From: Thermodesulfobacteriota bacterium
Lineage (GTDB): Bacteria; Desulfobacterota; Desulfobacteria; Desulfobacterales; C00003060
Direction of reading: 5' to 3'
DNA length: 64,000 nucleotides
Assembly: GCA_034189385.1 (NCBI GenBank)
Contig: JAXHVD010000013.1
Span: forward strand, 1-64,000
Part shown: in pieces, positions 20,020-29,080 of the stretch
Numbering within the stretch: the stretch's first letter is position 1
How the letters are laid out: each line of letters starts with the position of its first letter
Program-made: the position numbers and the translations under genes
The notes under the pieces: generated by a model
What the model was told of the DNA's origin: nothing
Database searches by the model: none
Seen by the model: the letters and a program-made list of their open reading frames with translations, nothing else

Positions 20020-21378
20020 ATGGAAACCATCCTTGTTGTTGATGATGAGAAAAACTACCTTGTGGTGTTGAGTGCCTTTCTCACAGAAGAGGGCTACGAG
20101 GCCCTGACAGCAGAAGAAGGGCAGGAGGCCCTTAAGATTCTGGAGTCTGCAGACATTGATCTTGTGCTCACAGACATGAAGATGCCCTCCATGGATGGCA
20201 TTGAGCTTCTAAGGCGGATTAGGGAAAAGTCGCCTGACCTGCCAGTGGTTGTAATGACTGCTTACGGGACAGTTGAAAAGGCTGTTGAGGCCATGCAACA
20301 AGGGGCTTTCAACTTCATCCAAAAGCCCTTTCAGAACGAAACACTCAAGCAGATCGTAGACAGTGCTGTGGCCACCTACAGGGTCGTTAAGGAAAACAGG
20401 CGCCTGGTTCAGGCCTTGGAAGACCGCTATCGCTTTGACAACATTGTAGGGAAAAGCAAGCCCCTGCAGGATGTGTTTGATATTGTACAGAAGGTGGCCC
20501 ACACTAAGGCTACGGTATTGATCACAGGCGAAAGCGGCACGGGCAAGGAGCTGATTGCCAAGGCCATTCATTTTAACAGTCCTCGTCGCGACAAACCCTT
20601 TGTGGCCGTCAGCTGTGCAGCACTGAGCGAAACCTTACTAGAGAGTGAGCTTTTTGGCCATGAAAAGGGGGCCTTCACCGGGGCCATTGCCGTGAAAAAA
20701 GGGCGGTTCGAGCTGGCAGATGGAGGGACTCTGTTTCTGGATGAGATCGGTGAAGTGCCGGTGGCAGTTCAGGTGAAACTCCTTCGAGTGCTGGAAGAGA
20801 TGAGTTTTGAGCGTGTAGGGGGTGCCAAGACCATTGCTGCAGACGTGCGTTTAATCGCAGCTACCAACAGGGCGCTCAAGCAAGAGGTGGAACAGGGCCG
20901 TTTTCGAGAGGACCTCTATTTCCGCCTAAATGTGGTTCACATTGAACTGCCCCCGCTGAGGGAGCGGGCAGAGGACATTCCACTCCTGGCAGCCCACTTT
21001 CTGGAGAAATATGGGGGGGAGGCAAACCGAGGAGAGATGACTGTTTCGCCTGAGGCCATGCGCTTTTTGTACAACCACCGCTGGCCCGGAAATGTGCGGG
21101 AGCTCGAGCATGCCATTGAGCGGGCTGCCCTTCTGAGCAGGAGTAACGAAATTGCCCTGGACGACCTCCCCAAAGACCTTGTGGGTTTTTCAGATCTTGA
21201 AACGCCGATAGACTGGCAGAAGCTGTCAAGTCTTCCTGAAACGTTGGATGCCATTGAAAAGAGACTGATTCAAAAGGCCCTGGCCCTGTCTAACAACGTC
21301 CAGTCTCGGGCAGCCAATCTCCTTGGCATTCCCAGGGCCAATTTGCAGTATCGCCTAAAGAAGCACAATATCGTGTGA
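20020..21378 (+). CDS. Sigma54-dependent response regulator (NtrC/AtoC family)
   Basis: Intact receiver (DD, D in LTDMKMP, T, KP), [23 protein letters not shown]-terminal HTH. Confidence 0.95.
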   Translation: METILVVDDEKNYLVVLSAFLTEEGYEALTAEEGQEALKILESADIDLVLTDMKMPSMDGIELLRRIREKSPDLPVVVMTAYGTVEKAVEAMQQGAFNFIQKPFQNETLKQIVDSAVATYRVVKENRRLVQALEDRYRFDNIVGKSKPLQDVFDIVQKVAHTKATVLITGESGTGKELIAKAIHFNSPRRDKPFVAVSCAALSETLLESELFGHEKGAFTGAIAVKKGRFELADGGTLFLDEIGEVPVAVQVKLLRVLEEMSFERVGGAKTIAADVRLIAATNRALKQEVEQGRFREDLYFRLNVVHIELPPLRERAEDIPLLAAHFLEKYGGEANRGEMTVSPEAMRFLYNHRWPGNVRELEHAIERAALLSRSNEIALDDLPKDLVGFSDLETPIDWQKLSSLPETLDAIEKRLIQKALALSNNVQSRAANLLGIPRANLQYRLKKHNIV

Positions 21379-21461
21379 AGTGTTCTGCCGAGGTTGGCAA
21401 AACAAGAATTGCTGTTTTATTTCAACAATTTAAATCCAGCAGGCGGAGTGTCAGGCCTAAC

Positions 21462-21617
21462 GTATGAAAAGTTGGCATTCGCTGTTATTGTTCACAAATT
21501 CCGTTGGTTGGATGGCACCAGAAAAGAGCTTGTATAAAAAGTTGGCACCCCACCCTAGTACATGTAATAGCAGCAACTTAAGGAGCATCAGGCAAAGCCC
21601 TGTATGAAAAGTTGACT
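21462..21617 (+). promoter_or_regulatory. Three direct repeats GTATRAAAAGTTGRC with exact 70-bp period (putative enhancer sites)
   Basis: Copies start at 21462, 21532 and 21602. Confidence 0.6.
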
Positions 21618-21791
21618 CACAGACAACAAGGGCACGGTCCAATCTCCCCTGCCTGGACCGCGCCGGCATCGGCATGAATGGAGAGATGCAGGATGTTTGG
21701 TTCTTCTATTCGCTGGGAAATAAAAAGGTTAGCCGCTTTTCCCCCAGTGGCTCCCGTTCAAAAGTCAAATGTTCCGAGGAGTATTGAAGGC

Positions 21792-21807
21792 TGGCATCGT
21801 TGTTGCA
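21792..21807 (+). promoter_or_regulatory. Sigma54 -24/-12 promoter
   Basis: TGGCATCGTTGTTGCA, GG-N10-GC spacing correct. Confidence 0.75.
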
Positions 21808-21817
21808 TAACGATAAG

Positions 21818-21899
21818 GGAAAGCGCTGTGAAGAGACTTCTTCATTCGCTTTCCTCCTGTTAGAGGCTAATCGCATGTTGCGATTAGCCTTTATTTTTT
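21818..21899 (+). ncRNA. Putative sigma54-dependent small RNA (~80 nt, two hairpins)
   Basis: Predicted +1 (21818) is the first base of hairpin GGAAAGCG...CGCTTTCC with inner TGAAGA/TCTTCA; CCTCCT motif; ends in intrinsic terminator. Confidence 0.6.
21864..21899 (+). terminator. Intrinsic terminator
   Basis: Perfect 12-bp stem AGGCTAATCGCA/TGCGATTAGCCT followed by TTATTTTTT. Confidence 0.85.
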
Positions 21900-21923
21900 G
21901 TGCGCCCGGCAGGGTCCACTTAC

Positions 21924-21955
21924 AAAAAAAGGCCGCCAGTACTGGCAGCCTTTTT
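21924..21955. terminator. Bidirectional intrinsic terminator (serves apbE)
   Basis: A7-GGCCGCCAGTACTGGCAGCC-T5. Confidence 0.75.
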
Positions 21956-21974
21956 CCTTGAAAAAACACTCTAT

Positions 21975-23027
21975 CTATGCGGGCCATCCTTTTGAGAGGA
22001 CACGATTCTTCTGGTCCCTCAAGATGAGACACTCTGTGCCCGGAAGACCATCAATAAAACGCTTTGCCGCTTCGGGCTCAAGGACAAAGGCCGTTGTAGA
22101 GAGGGCATCTGCGTCCATGACATTGGAGGCCATCACGCTTACGCTTGAGGTTTGTCTGGGCGAAACCCCTGTTTTGGGATTCACAATGTGGTGAAAGAGC
22201 TTCTCTTTGTCGAAATAGACCTCATAATTGCCGGAGGTGGCGACAGCCCCATTGGCCATCTTGACCATGTCTACATAGGGGCCTTCTTTGTCAGGGTTTT
22301 GAATCCCCACCTTCCAGGGTGTGCCGTCCTTTTTGCCGCCCACTGCACGAATATCCCCGCCAGCGTTGATGAGGGCATGTTGGATACCGGCAGCCCTGAT
22401 TATTTCCGCTGCCTTGTCAATAATGTAACCCTTGGCAATACCGTCTAGCGTAATCCCCATGCTCTCCTTCTTAAATCGGATTGATTTTCCGTCAAATGAC
22501 ATGGCACGGGAATCGACTAGGTCCAGCACTTTATCCAGTTCGGCTTCCGATGGAGCCCGCCCAAGGACAGCAAAATCCTTTTTGTACAAGTCCACTAATG
22601 GTTGGACAGTGATGTCAAAGGCCCCATGGCTGAGTTCATGAAAGTAGAGGGACCGGGCCACCACTTCGGCAACCTCAGGCGGCATGTCAAGGAGCATCCC
22701 CTCTTTATTAAGAGCACCAATAGGTGAGTCGGATCGGTAGCGGTCCAAGAGCTTGGTGAGCCGATCCATTTCTTCAAAGGCCATTCCAATGACCTGTTCC
22801 GCTTGGATCTTAGATGGGTGCAAGGCCGTCATAGCTACAAAGGTACCCATTCCCATTTTTGCGTCGGTGACCTTGTGGAGCTTTCTGTTGAAAGCCACGC
22901 TTTCCGAAATGGGCAGTAAGCCGCCGCTCGCAACCCCTATACCCAAGATGCCGGATATTTTTAGAAAATTCCTTCGATCCATGGTGTGCCGACTGTGCTC
23001 TCTTTCAGACATGGCTTTCTCCTCCAT
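21975..23027 (-). CDS. apbE: FAD:protein FMN transferase ApbE with Tat signal
   Basis: DRRNFLK twin-arginine signal; MGT, GAFDITV, LDGIAKGY, NAGGD, ATSGNY, HHIVNP, ADALST. Confidence 0.92.
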   Translation of the reverse strand: MEEKAMSEREHSRHTMDRRNFLKISGILGIGVASGGLLPISESVAFNRKLHKVTDAKMGMGTFVAMTALHPSKIQAEQVIGMAFEEMDRLTKLLDRYRSDSPIGALNKEGMLLDMPPEVAEVVARSLYFHELSHGAFDITVQPLVDLYKKDFAVLGRAPSEAELDKVLDLVDSRAMSFDGKSIRFKKESMGITLDGIAKGYIIDKAAEIIRAAGIQHALINAGGDIRAVGGKKDGTPWKVGIQNPDKEGPYVDMVKMANGAVATSGNYEVYFDKEKLFHHIVNPKTGVSPRQTSSVSVMASNVMDADALSTTAFVLEPEAAKRFIDGLPGTECLILRDQKNRVLSKGWPA

Positions 23028-23459
23028 CGTGTTAGGCCTTAGGTCCTATTCTTAACCCTTTCGGATTCGGATATAAAGCTACATACCAGACTATGGTCAC
23101 ATGGGCCTATAGCCTATTTCCATGATCTTGTCAACCATTCAGAACGTTTCATGGGAAGGGAACCTGATCCCCATCTCCTCGAGATGTGGGAAAGACGCCT
23201 GTGGGCAGAAGAGGGCTCTCAGTCAGAAATCATGTGCCGTCTGTGCCGGTAGACATGAACAAGGGGATGCTGTTTCAAGCGCTTCCATTGGCACCACAAA
23301 GGCGAAACCCAAACAGAAATGGAGAGGAGCTCTAAAACGTGACCATTGGAAATTGGCGAACAGAACAAGGAAAAGATGGTTGCCCAGGGCCCAGGATTCA
23401 TGTAGATTAATCGGCCTACTACACAAGAAGGAGAACTTGCAGAAGGGGAGGATCGATCC

Positions 23460-24659
23460 ATGCTGACTGACAGCCAGATGGACAGGTACGCAGATGTCTT
23501 ACTTTGGGGGCTCAAGACGGGAAGAGCTGGCCGTTTCAAGAGAGGAGACATGATCTTACTTCGATACGACCTGGCTGCCATAAAGCTGGCGGAGCGTTTG
23601 CAGGCCAGAGTCCTTGATATGGGGATGCACCCTATCCTGCGGGCCGGCCTGACGTCGCAGATGGAGTGCCAGTTTTTTGAGAAAGCGAATAACAGGCAGC
23701 TCATTTTTCAGCCACCAGGTGAAAAGCAGCTCTATGAGCAGATCAATGGGAGCGTCTATCTCCACGGGCCAGAGTCCCTGACGCACTTGAGTCACATAGA
23801 CCCCAGAAGAATTGGAAAGTTCGCCGTATCCAGAAAACCCTTGCGGGACATCCTTACAAAACGGGAGGAAAAGGGTGTCTTCAGCTGGACCCTTTGCATG
23901 GTTCCCACGCCTGAGCTGGCAAGACAGGCCAGGCTGACCATGAGGCAGTATACCAATCAGATCGTCAAGGCCTGTTACCTCAACAAGGATGATCCCGTCC
24001 AGCACTGGAAGGCCATTTACAAAGACGCCACTGCCCTCAAGAAATGGATGAACAGTATGGACGTGACATACTATCATGTGATGTCGAAAAACACGGACCT
24101 CTACATCACTCCAGGAAAGCAGAGGAAATGGATCGGGATTTCCGGCCACAACATCCCTAGTTTTGAGATCTTCCTTTCCCCTGACTGGAGGGGGACAGAA
24201 GGGGTCTATTTTGCCAACCAGCCCTCTTTTAGAAGTGGCAATTACGTGGAAGGCGTGAGAATTCAATTCAGAAAGGGAAAGGCCATGGAAGTGGAAGCTG
24301 CGAAGGGAGAGGAATTTGTCATCAAACAGCTTTCCATTGACAAAGGGGCCTGCAAGGTAGGGGAGTTTTCTTTAACAGACAAACGGTTTTCAAAGATCGA
24401 CAGGTTCATGGCCAATACCTTGTTTGACGAAAACTATGGCGGACGTAACGGTAACTGTCATATCGCTCTAGGGGCGTCCTATTCCGATACCTTTGACGGA
24501 AATCCGGCCAGACTGACCAAGGACCGGAAGAGGCAGCTGGGGTTCAACGACTCAGCCCTTCACTGGGATTTGGTGAACACAGAGAAGAAGACGGTCGTTG
24601 CCCATCTTACCTCAGGAAAGGAGGTCACGGTCTATGAGAACGGGATGTTCAAGTATTGA
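23460..24659 (+). CDS. Aminopeptidase, M29 (AmpS/thermophilic metalloprotease) family
   Basis: NIPSFEIF, VGEF, NTLFDEN, HIALGASY, NDSALHWD motifs. Confidence 0.88.
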   Translation: MLTDSQMDRYADVLLWGLKTGRAGRFKRGDMILLRYDLAAIKLAERLQARVLDMGMHPILRAGLTSQMECQFFEKANNRQLIFQPPGEKQLYEQINGSVYLHGPESLTHLSHIDPRRIGKFAVSRKPLRDILTKREEKGVFSWTLCMVPTPELARQARLTMRQYTNQIVKACYLNKDDPVQHWKAIYKDATALKKWMNSMDVTYYHVMSKNTDLYITPGKQRKWIGISGHNIPSFEIFLSPDWRGTEGVYFANQPSFRSGNYVEGVRIQFRKGKAMEVEAAKGEEFVIKQLSIDKGACKVGEFSLTDKRFSKIDRFMANTLFDENYGGRNGNCHIALGASYSDTFDGNPARLTKDRKRQLGFNDSALHWDLVNTEKKTVVAHLTSGKEVTVYENGMFKY

Positions 24660-24706
24660 TGAAATCGTCAGAAGTTGTCACCCCAGTGGAGACTGGGACC
24701 GGCAAC
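24656..24706. repeat. Truncated family C element end plus small hairpin
   Basis: TTGATGAAATCGTCAGAAGT has the same first 12 nt as 15923; followed by CCCAGT-GGAG-ACTGGG. Confidence 0.5.
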
Positions 24707-24758
24707 TATTTCAGCCCTATGACATTGCCAAACCATAATCTAGTGTCGAAGAGATGGG

Positions 24759-24927
24759 GAACGTTGAAAAGTTGAGGTCAACCCTCTTAGCAGGCAGCTA
24801 ACAAGGATAAGGAGGATCGCTGAACATAGGCACAGCCATTTAAGGGCATTGGATGCCGAAGAGAAGCGATTGGCCATATCTGGAAATTGTCTATTCAGAT
24901 ATAGACTGTCACCACTTCTGAACGTTA
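24759..24927. mobile_element. MITE-like element, family A, copy 3
   Basis: AACGTTGAAAAGTTG ... CTTCTGAACGTTA ends; internal AGCAGGCAG, GGCATTGGATGCC, GAGAAGCGATT shared with copy 1. Confidence 0.75.
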
Positions 24928-24974
24928 TTAAGAAATGAAAGGTGTTGTTCGCGGCCAAAGTTGAGGTATGATCC

Positions 24975-25850
24975 ATGTATTACGAAGGACCCATATACCG
25001 CCCACCCAGCGAAGCCGATTCCCTGCTGATCCAGGCCACCGTGGGATGCCCCCACAACCGATGCACCTTCTGCATGGTCTATAAGAAGGGCCCCAGGTTT
25101 CGTGTCCGGTCCGTAGAGGACATCAAGGAGGACATCCTGGAGGCAAAAAGGGTCTACGGTCCCAACGTGCCCACGATGTTTCTTCCTGCTGGAAATACCA
25201 TCGCCATGAAGACAGGAGACTTGGCTGAGGTCTGCACTTTTGCCAGGAAGACTTTCCCTTCCCTTGAGCGGACCACAGTGTACGGGTCGTCGCAGTTTAT
25301 TCACAAAAAGGGGCCAGAGCGGCTTGAGCAATTGTGCAAGGCAGGCTTAAAGCGCATTCACGTGGGCCTGGAATCGGGCGATGATACGATTCTAAAGCGC
25401 ATTCGTAAGGGGACCCATGCCCAAGAGCAGATCGAGGCAGGCAGATGGGTCTTGGCCGCCGGCATGGAGCTGAGCCTCTATGTGATCCTGGGCATTGGAG
25501 GCCAAGAAAGGACCAGTGAACACGCGAGACAAACGGCTCGGGTGATCAATGACATAGAGCCGACCTTTGTCCGGCTGCGCACTTTTGTGCCTAAGATCAA
25601 CACCCCACTTTTAGAAGAGGTAAGGGAGGGGCGCTTTCAGATGCTCACCGCTCACGGCGTGCTTGAGGAGACAAGGCACTTGCTTGAGGGGCTCTCCGTC
25701 CAGACCACTCTCACAAGCGATCACTATACCAACTACATCGACCTGTGCGGGAACCTGCCCCAGGACAAGCCACGGCTATTAGAAGAAATAGGCCTTGCCC
25801 TCAAGCGGGACGAATCTGAATTCAGACCCTTTTTTATAGGAACACAGTAG
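24975..25850 (+). CDS. Radical SAM protein, uncharacterised family
   Basis: YRPPSEA, CPHNRCTFC, GLESG, SDHYTNY. Confidence 0.88.
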   Translation: MYYEGPIYRPPSEADSLLIQATVGCPHNRCTFCMVYKKGPRFRVRSVEDIKEDILEAKRVYGPNVPTMFLPAGNTIAMKTGDLAEVCTFARKTFPSLERTTVYGSSQFIHKKGPERLEQLCKAGLKRIHVGLESGDDTILKRIRKGTHAQEQIEAGRWVLAAGMELSLYVILGIGGQERTSEHARQTARVINDIEPTFVRLRTFVPKINTPLLEEVREGRFQMLTAHGVLEETRHLLEGLSVQTTLTSDHYTNYIDLCGNLPQDKPRLLEEIGLALKRDESEFRPFFIGTQ

Positions 25851-25868
25851 TTGCTTGCCTGACGGCGG

Positions 25869-25889
25869 GCCGGGCCCTGAGGGCCCGGC
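25869..25889. terminator. GC hairpin between convergent genes
   Basis: GCCGGGCCC-TGA-GGGCCCGGC. Confidence 0.5.
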
Positions 25890-25893
25890 GTCT

Positions 25894-26304
25894 TTACTTC
25901 GCCTTTACCGCGATCTTTCGGGGAACGGCCTTCTCGGCTTTTGGCAATACCAACCTCAGAACCCCGTCTTGGAGTTCTGCCTCAATCTTTGCCTGGTCAA
26001 TGGTGTCTGAAAGGGAAAACTGACGTACATACCTTCCCGTCCTGTATTCCTTCAGAATTTCTGTTTCACCCGCAGTTTCAGGCCTCTCAACCTCGCCTGA
26101 CAGGGTGATGACATCTTCACGCAGGTCAATGTTCAAGTCACCTGCCTTTACACCTGGCATATCGGCAAGGAGCGTGATACCGGTCTGTGTTTCAAAGATG
26201 TCAACGGCAGGCTTGAAAGTGAGTCCTGGCCTTGTCTGCTCGGCGGCACTGGCCACTTCCCGCTTCTCTCTTGCTTCTAGGGCTTTTGCTTCGGCCTCAG
26301 TCAT
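25894..26304 (-). CDS. Hsp20/alpha-crystallin small heat shock protein
   Basis: PAVDIFE, ADMPGV, AELQDGVLRLVLPK. Confidence 0.92.
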   Translation of the reverse strand: MTEAEAKALEAREKREVASAAEQTRPGLTFKPAVDIFETQTGITLLADMPGVKAGDLNIDLREDVITLSGEVERPETAGETEILKEYRTGRYVRQFSLSDTIDQAKIEAELQDGVLRLVLPKAEKAVPRKIAVKAK

Positions 26305-26340
26305 GGTCTTTCCCTCCCTTCCAATAGACTTGCATGGCTC

Positions 26341-26802
26341 TCAGCCTGCTTTCACAGTGATCTGTTTCGGCTTTGCTGCTTCTGCCTTGGGAAGCACCAC
26401 AGTCAAGACGCCATCAGTACAGCTGGCTTCCACCTTCTGTGTATTGATGTGACCTGGCAGCGTTAGCATTCTGCTGAATTTGCCAGCGTTCCGCTCTCGC
26501 CTGTGGTACTTAGCGTCTTCTCCTTCGGCAAGGATCTTTCGCTCCCCAGAGATGGAAAGGCTTTCTCCTGTTACAGAGATGTCCAGCTCATCCGCTTTCA
26601 TTCCAGGAAGCTCCGCCCGGACGTAATAGTTGTCACTGTCTTCTGTCACATTGGTCAGTGGAAATACTCCCGCTCCAGGCATCCCGGGCGTAGCGCCCGT
26701 CAGACCGTCGAAGAGCCTATCCATCTCTTTTCTCATCCTGTCCAAATCTGTTGGAACACGCCAGCCCCATGCAGGCAAGCCAAATCCTCTTATGATTGCC
26801 AT
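26341..26802 (-). CDS. Hsp20/alpha-crystallin small heat shock protein
   Basis: FPLTNV, AELPG, YHRRER, DGVLTVVLPK; start moved to MAIIR after AAGGAGG. Confidence 0.92.
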   Translation of the reverse strand: MAIIRGFGLPAWGWRVPTDLDRMRKEMDRLFDGLTGATPGMPGAGVFPLTNVTEDSDNYYVRAELPGMKADELDISVTGESLSISGERKILAEGEDAKYHRRERNAGKFSRMLTLPGHINTQKVEASCTDGVLTVVLPKAEAAKPKQITVKAG

Positions 26803-27001
26803 AGCTGATCCCTCCTTTCTAATAGTTGTACCACTGAGTACGTTCAACTAGAAACTTGGACTGCTTCGACAATGTTTTTAAACACTTGGGAAACGCTTGT
26901 CGACGGATAAACTAAAGATAGCTAATCTGTAATGCATGTTTTTCGCTTGTCAAGTGGATGAATCCAGCTGGGAAGAAGAAAGCTCACATACAAGATCCCT
27001 T

Positions 27002-27958
27002 TTAGGCTAAGGGTGGCCTTTGGTGGTTCAGACACAAGTCGACCAACTCATCGATTCGTGCCTCGCCAGCACACATGACCGTGTCAGCGCCTCCCCAGTA
27101 GATCTTCACAGATCTGTCTTCTTCCGCCACCGCACCGCAAGTGAAGACCACATTATGGACGTATCCCGTAACCTCCCAGGGATCCTCGGGCTGGAGAATC
27201 CACTCATCAGCCACACCAAGGATGCGTGAAGGGTCGTCTAAGGCGTGAAGGGCCAGACCGAGGCGATAGACAGATCCGTCCATGGTCTTGAAAACCCCGT
27301 GGAAGATGTTGAGCCATCCTTGGTCCGTTTTCATGGGTGTGGCCCCCGGGCCGATCTTCATCTCGTCCCAGTGGTAGGGTAGCGGCTTAATCAACACCCT
27401 GGAATCGCCCCAGTGTATGAGGTCCCGGGAATAGGATATCCAAATGGACCAGGGAGATATATTCGAATGGGGGCGGTCAAGTCGGGCGTAGCGGCCATCA
27501 AACTCGGTAGGAAAGATGACGACGTTACGATGATCGGCCTCTGTAATGAGGGCAATCCGTTCCACCGTTCTGAAATTACTGGTTTTGGCCAGACCAATCC
27601 TCACGCCGTGGCGCGAGTAGGCACTGTACGTGATGAGGTAGGTGTCTTCCATGAGACAGATGCGAGGGTCCTCAACACCAAATTCCTCATAGGTGGCAAA
27701 AGGCTCCTTTGTCGACGGCGTCATGAACGGCTCAGGGTGAACCCGAAATTGATAGCCATCGTCGCTTTCCGCCAAACCGATGATGGACCGCCCATTTCGC
27801 AAATGAGACCTGAAAAGCATCGTGTACCGGCCTTCATGTTTGACCACGCCCGCGTTGTGAACCGTTTCTACCGGGAACGGCACATCAGACTTGGTGAGAA
27901 TGGGATTCCCCTTGTATCGCTTCACAATAGACTCTTTGGATCCAGTTACCATCCTCAT
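27002..27958 (-). CDS. GH130-like glycosidase/phosphorylase
   Basis: NPIL, HNAGV, GVEDPRI, RNVVIFP, KIGPG, NVVFTCG, YWGGAD. Confidence 0.85.
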   Translation of the reverse strand: MRMVTGSKESIVKRYKGNPILTKSDVPFPVETVHNAGVVKHEGRYTMLFRSHLRNGRSIIGLAESDDGYQFRVHPEPFMTPSTKEPFATYEEFGVEDPRICLMEDTYLITYSAYSRHGVRIGLAKTSNFRTVERIALITEADHRNVVIFPTEFDGRYARLDRPHSNISPWSIWISYSRDLIHWGDSRVLIKPLPYHWDEMKIGPGATPMKTDQGWLNIFHGVFKTMDGSVYRLGLALHALDDPSRILGVADEWILQPEDPWEVTGYVHNVVFTCGAVAEEDRSVKIYWGGADTVMCAGEARIDELVDLCLNHQRPPLA

Positions 27959-28042
27959 GTGTCCTTTCCTGGCACTGCCGTCCCACTAATCTCCTCTGTG
28001 GACGGCGAAAAAATGAGGTCTTCTCTGCTGGTCAGACCTCAG

Positions 28043-29080
28043 CTAGATGGGCCGAGAGAGCGTGTCCCCCCTCTTTTTGAGGACCTTTTTGTAGACCAAT
28101 AGATATTTTTCCACCATGCGATCGACAGTGAAACGCTCTTCAACCGTCTTGCGGCAGGAAGCCCTGTCAATGTCCGTTATTCTTGCCACACAACGAATAG
28201 CATCATCCACGCTGGCAACCAGAAATCCGTTCTCTCCGTCGTCTATGATCTCCCCCATACTTCCGCGATTGATAGCTATAGGGGGCGTTCCACATGCCAT
28301 GGACTCAATGACTGAAAGGCCGAAGGGTTCGTTGAAGTTGATAGGATGAAGCAGTGCAAGGGCATTGCCCATAAGCCTATCCCTTTTGATGGGGTCGGCG
28401 CTGCCCACATAGGCGACACTGCTACCATCCACGTAAGGTTTCACGTGGTCATTGAAGTAATCTTCGTCCTGGACAATTCCCGCTATGATCAGTCTCTTTT
28501 CGCAGGCCTTGGCAATCTCAATGGCCTCTTCTGTCCCCTTGTCCGGATGAATGCGACCGAAGAAGAGAAGGTAGTCTTCTGGTTGAGACTGAAACGTGAA
28601 GCTGCCAAGGTCTATGCCATGATGGATAGTAGCGACATAGTCCAAGTCGGGGGCTCTGTCTGCATCGCTTATCGATACGTAGAAGACCTTCCCATTGTAT
28701 TTCCGGTAGACTGGCAGGATTTCTTGTGAAGAGAACCCATGGATGGTTGAGACAACGGGCGTGTTCACCAGGCTGCTGTACGTGAGGGGGAGGAAATCAA
28801 AATGATTGTGTATGAGGGCAAACTCATCGGCCCTCTCAAAGACCTCGGATACATGGAGGCACTCCCAGACCTTTGGGTCTATGGTCCTCTCCTCTTCGTA
28901 GCCTTTCCTGCACACTGCACGGAGTCTCCCTTTGGTTTTGGAGTCCGCCGTAGCAAAGAGGGTTACATTCACACCTCGAGCCACGAGCCCCTCGGTCAAC
29001 AGAGAGACAACGCTTTCCCACGGCCCATAGTGTCTGGGAGGCGTACGCCAAGCAATGGGTGAAAGCATACCTATACGCAT
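28043..29080 (-). CDS. Glycosyltransferase family 4
   Basis: PPRHYGPWE, FFGRIHPDKG, EPFGLSVIESMACGTP. Confidence 0.9.
   Translation of the reverse strand: MRIGMLSPIAWRTPPRHYGPWESVVSLLTEGLVARGVNVTLFATADSKTKGRLRAVCRKGYEEERTIDPKVWECLHVSEVFERADEFALIHNHFDFLPLTYSSLVNTPVVSTIHGFSSQEILPVYRKYNGKVFYVSISDADRAPDLDYVATIHHGIDLGSFTFQSQPEDYLLFFGRIHPDKGTEEAIEIAKACEKRLIIAGIVQDEDYFNDHVKPYVDGSSVAYVGSADPIKRDRLMGNALALLHPINFNEPFGLSVIESMACGTPPIAINRGSMGEIIDDGENGFLVASVDDAIRCVARITDIDRASCRKTVEERFTVDRMVEKYLLVYKKVLKKRGDTLSRPI

Noticed and set aside
21462..21617. 70-bp periodic repeats as a degenerate CRISPR array
   Set aside because: The conserved part is only ~15 nt, not palindromic, there are three copies and no cas genes; position upstream of a sigma54 promoter fits enhancer sites better.
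26833..26853. HspR (HAIR) operator upstream of the hsp20 pair
   Set aside because: Only a partial match to CTTGAGT-N7-ACTCAAG; not enough to call.
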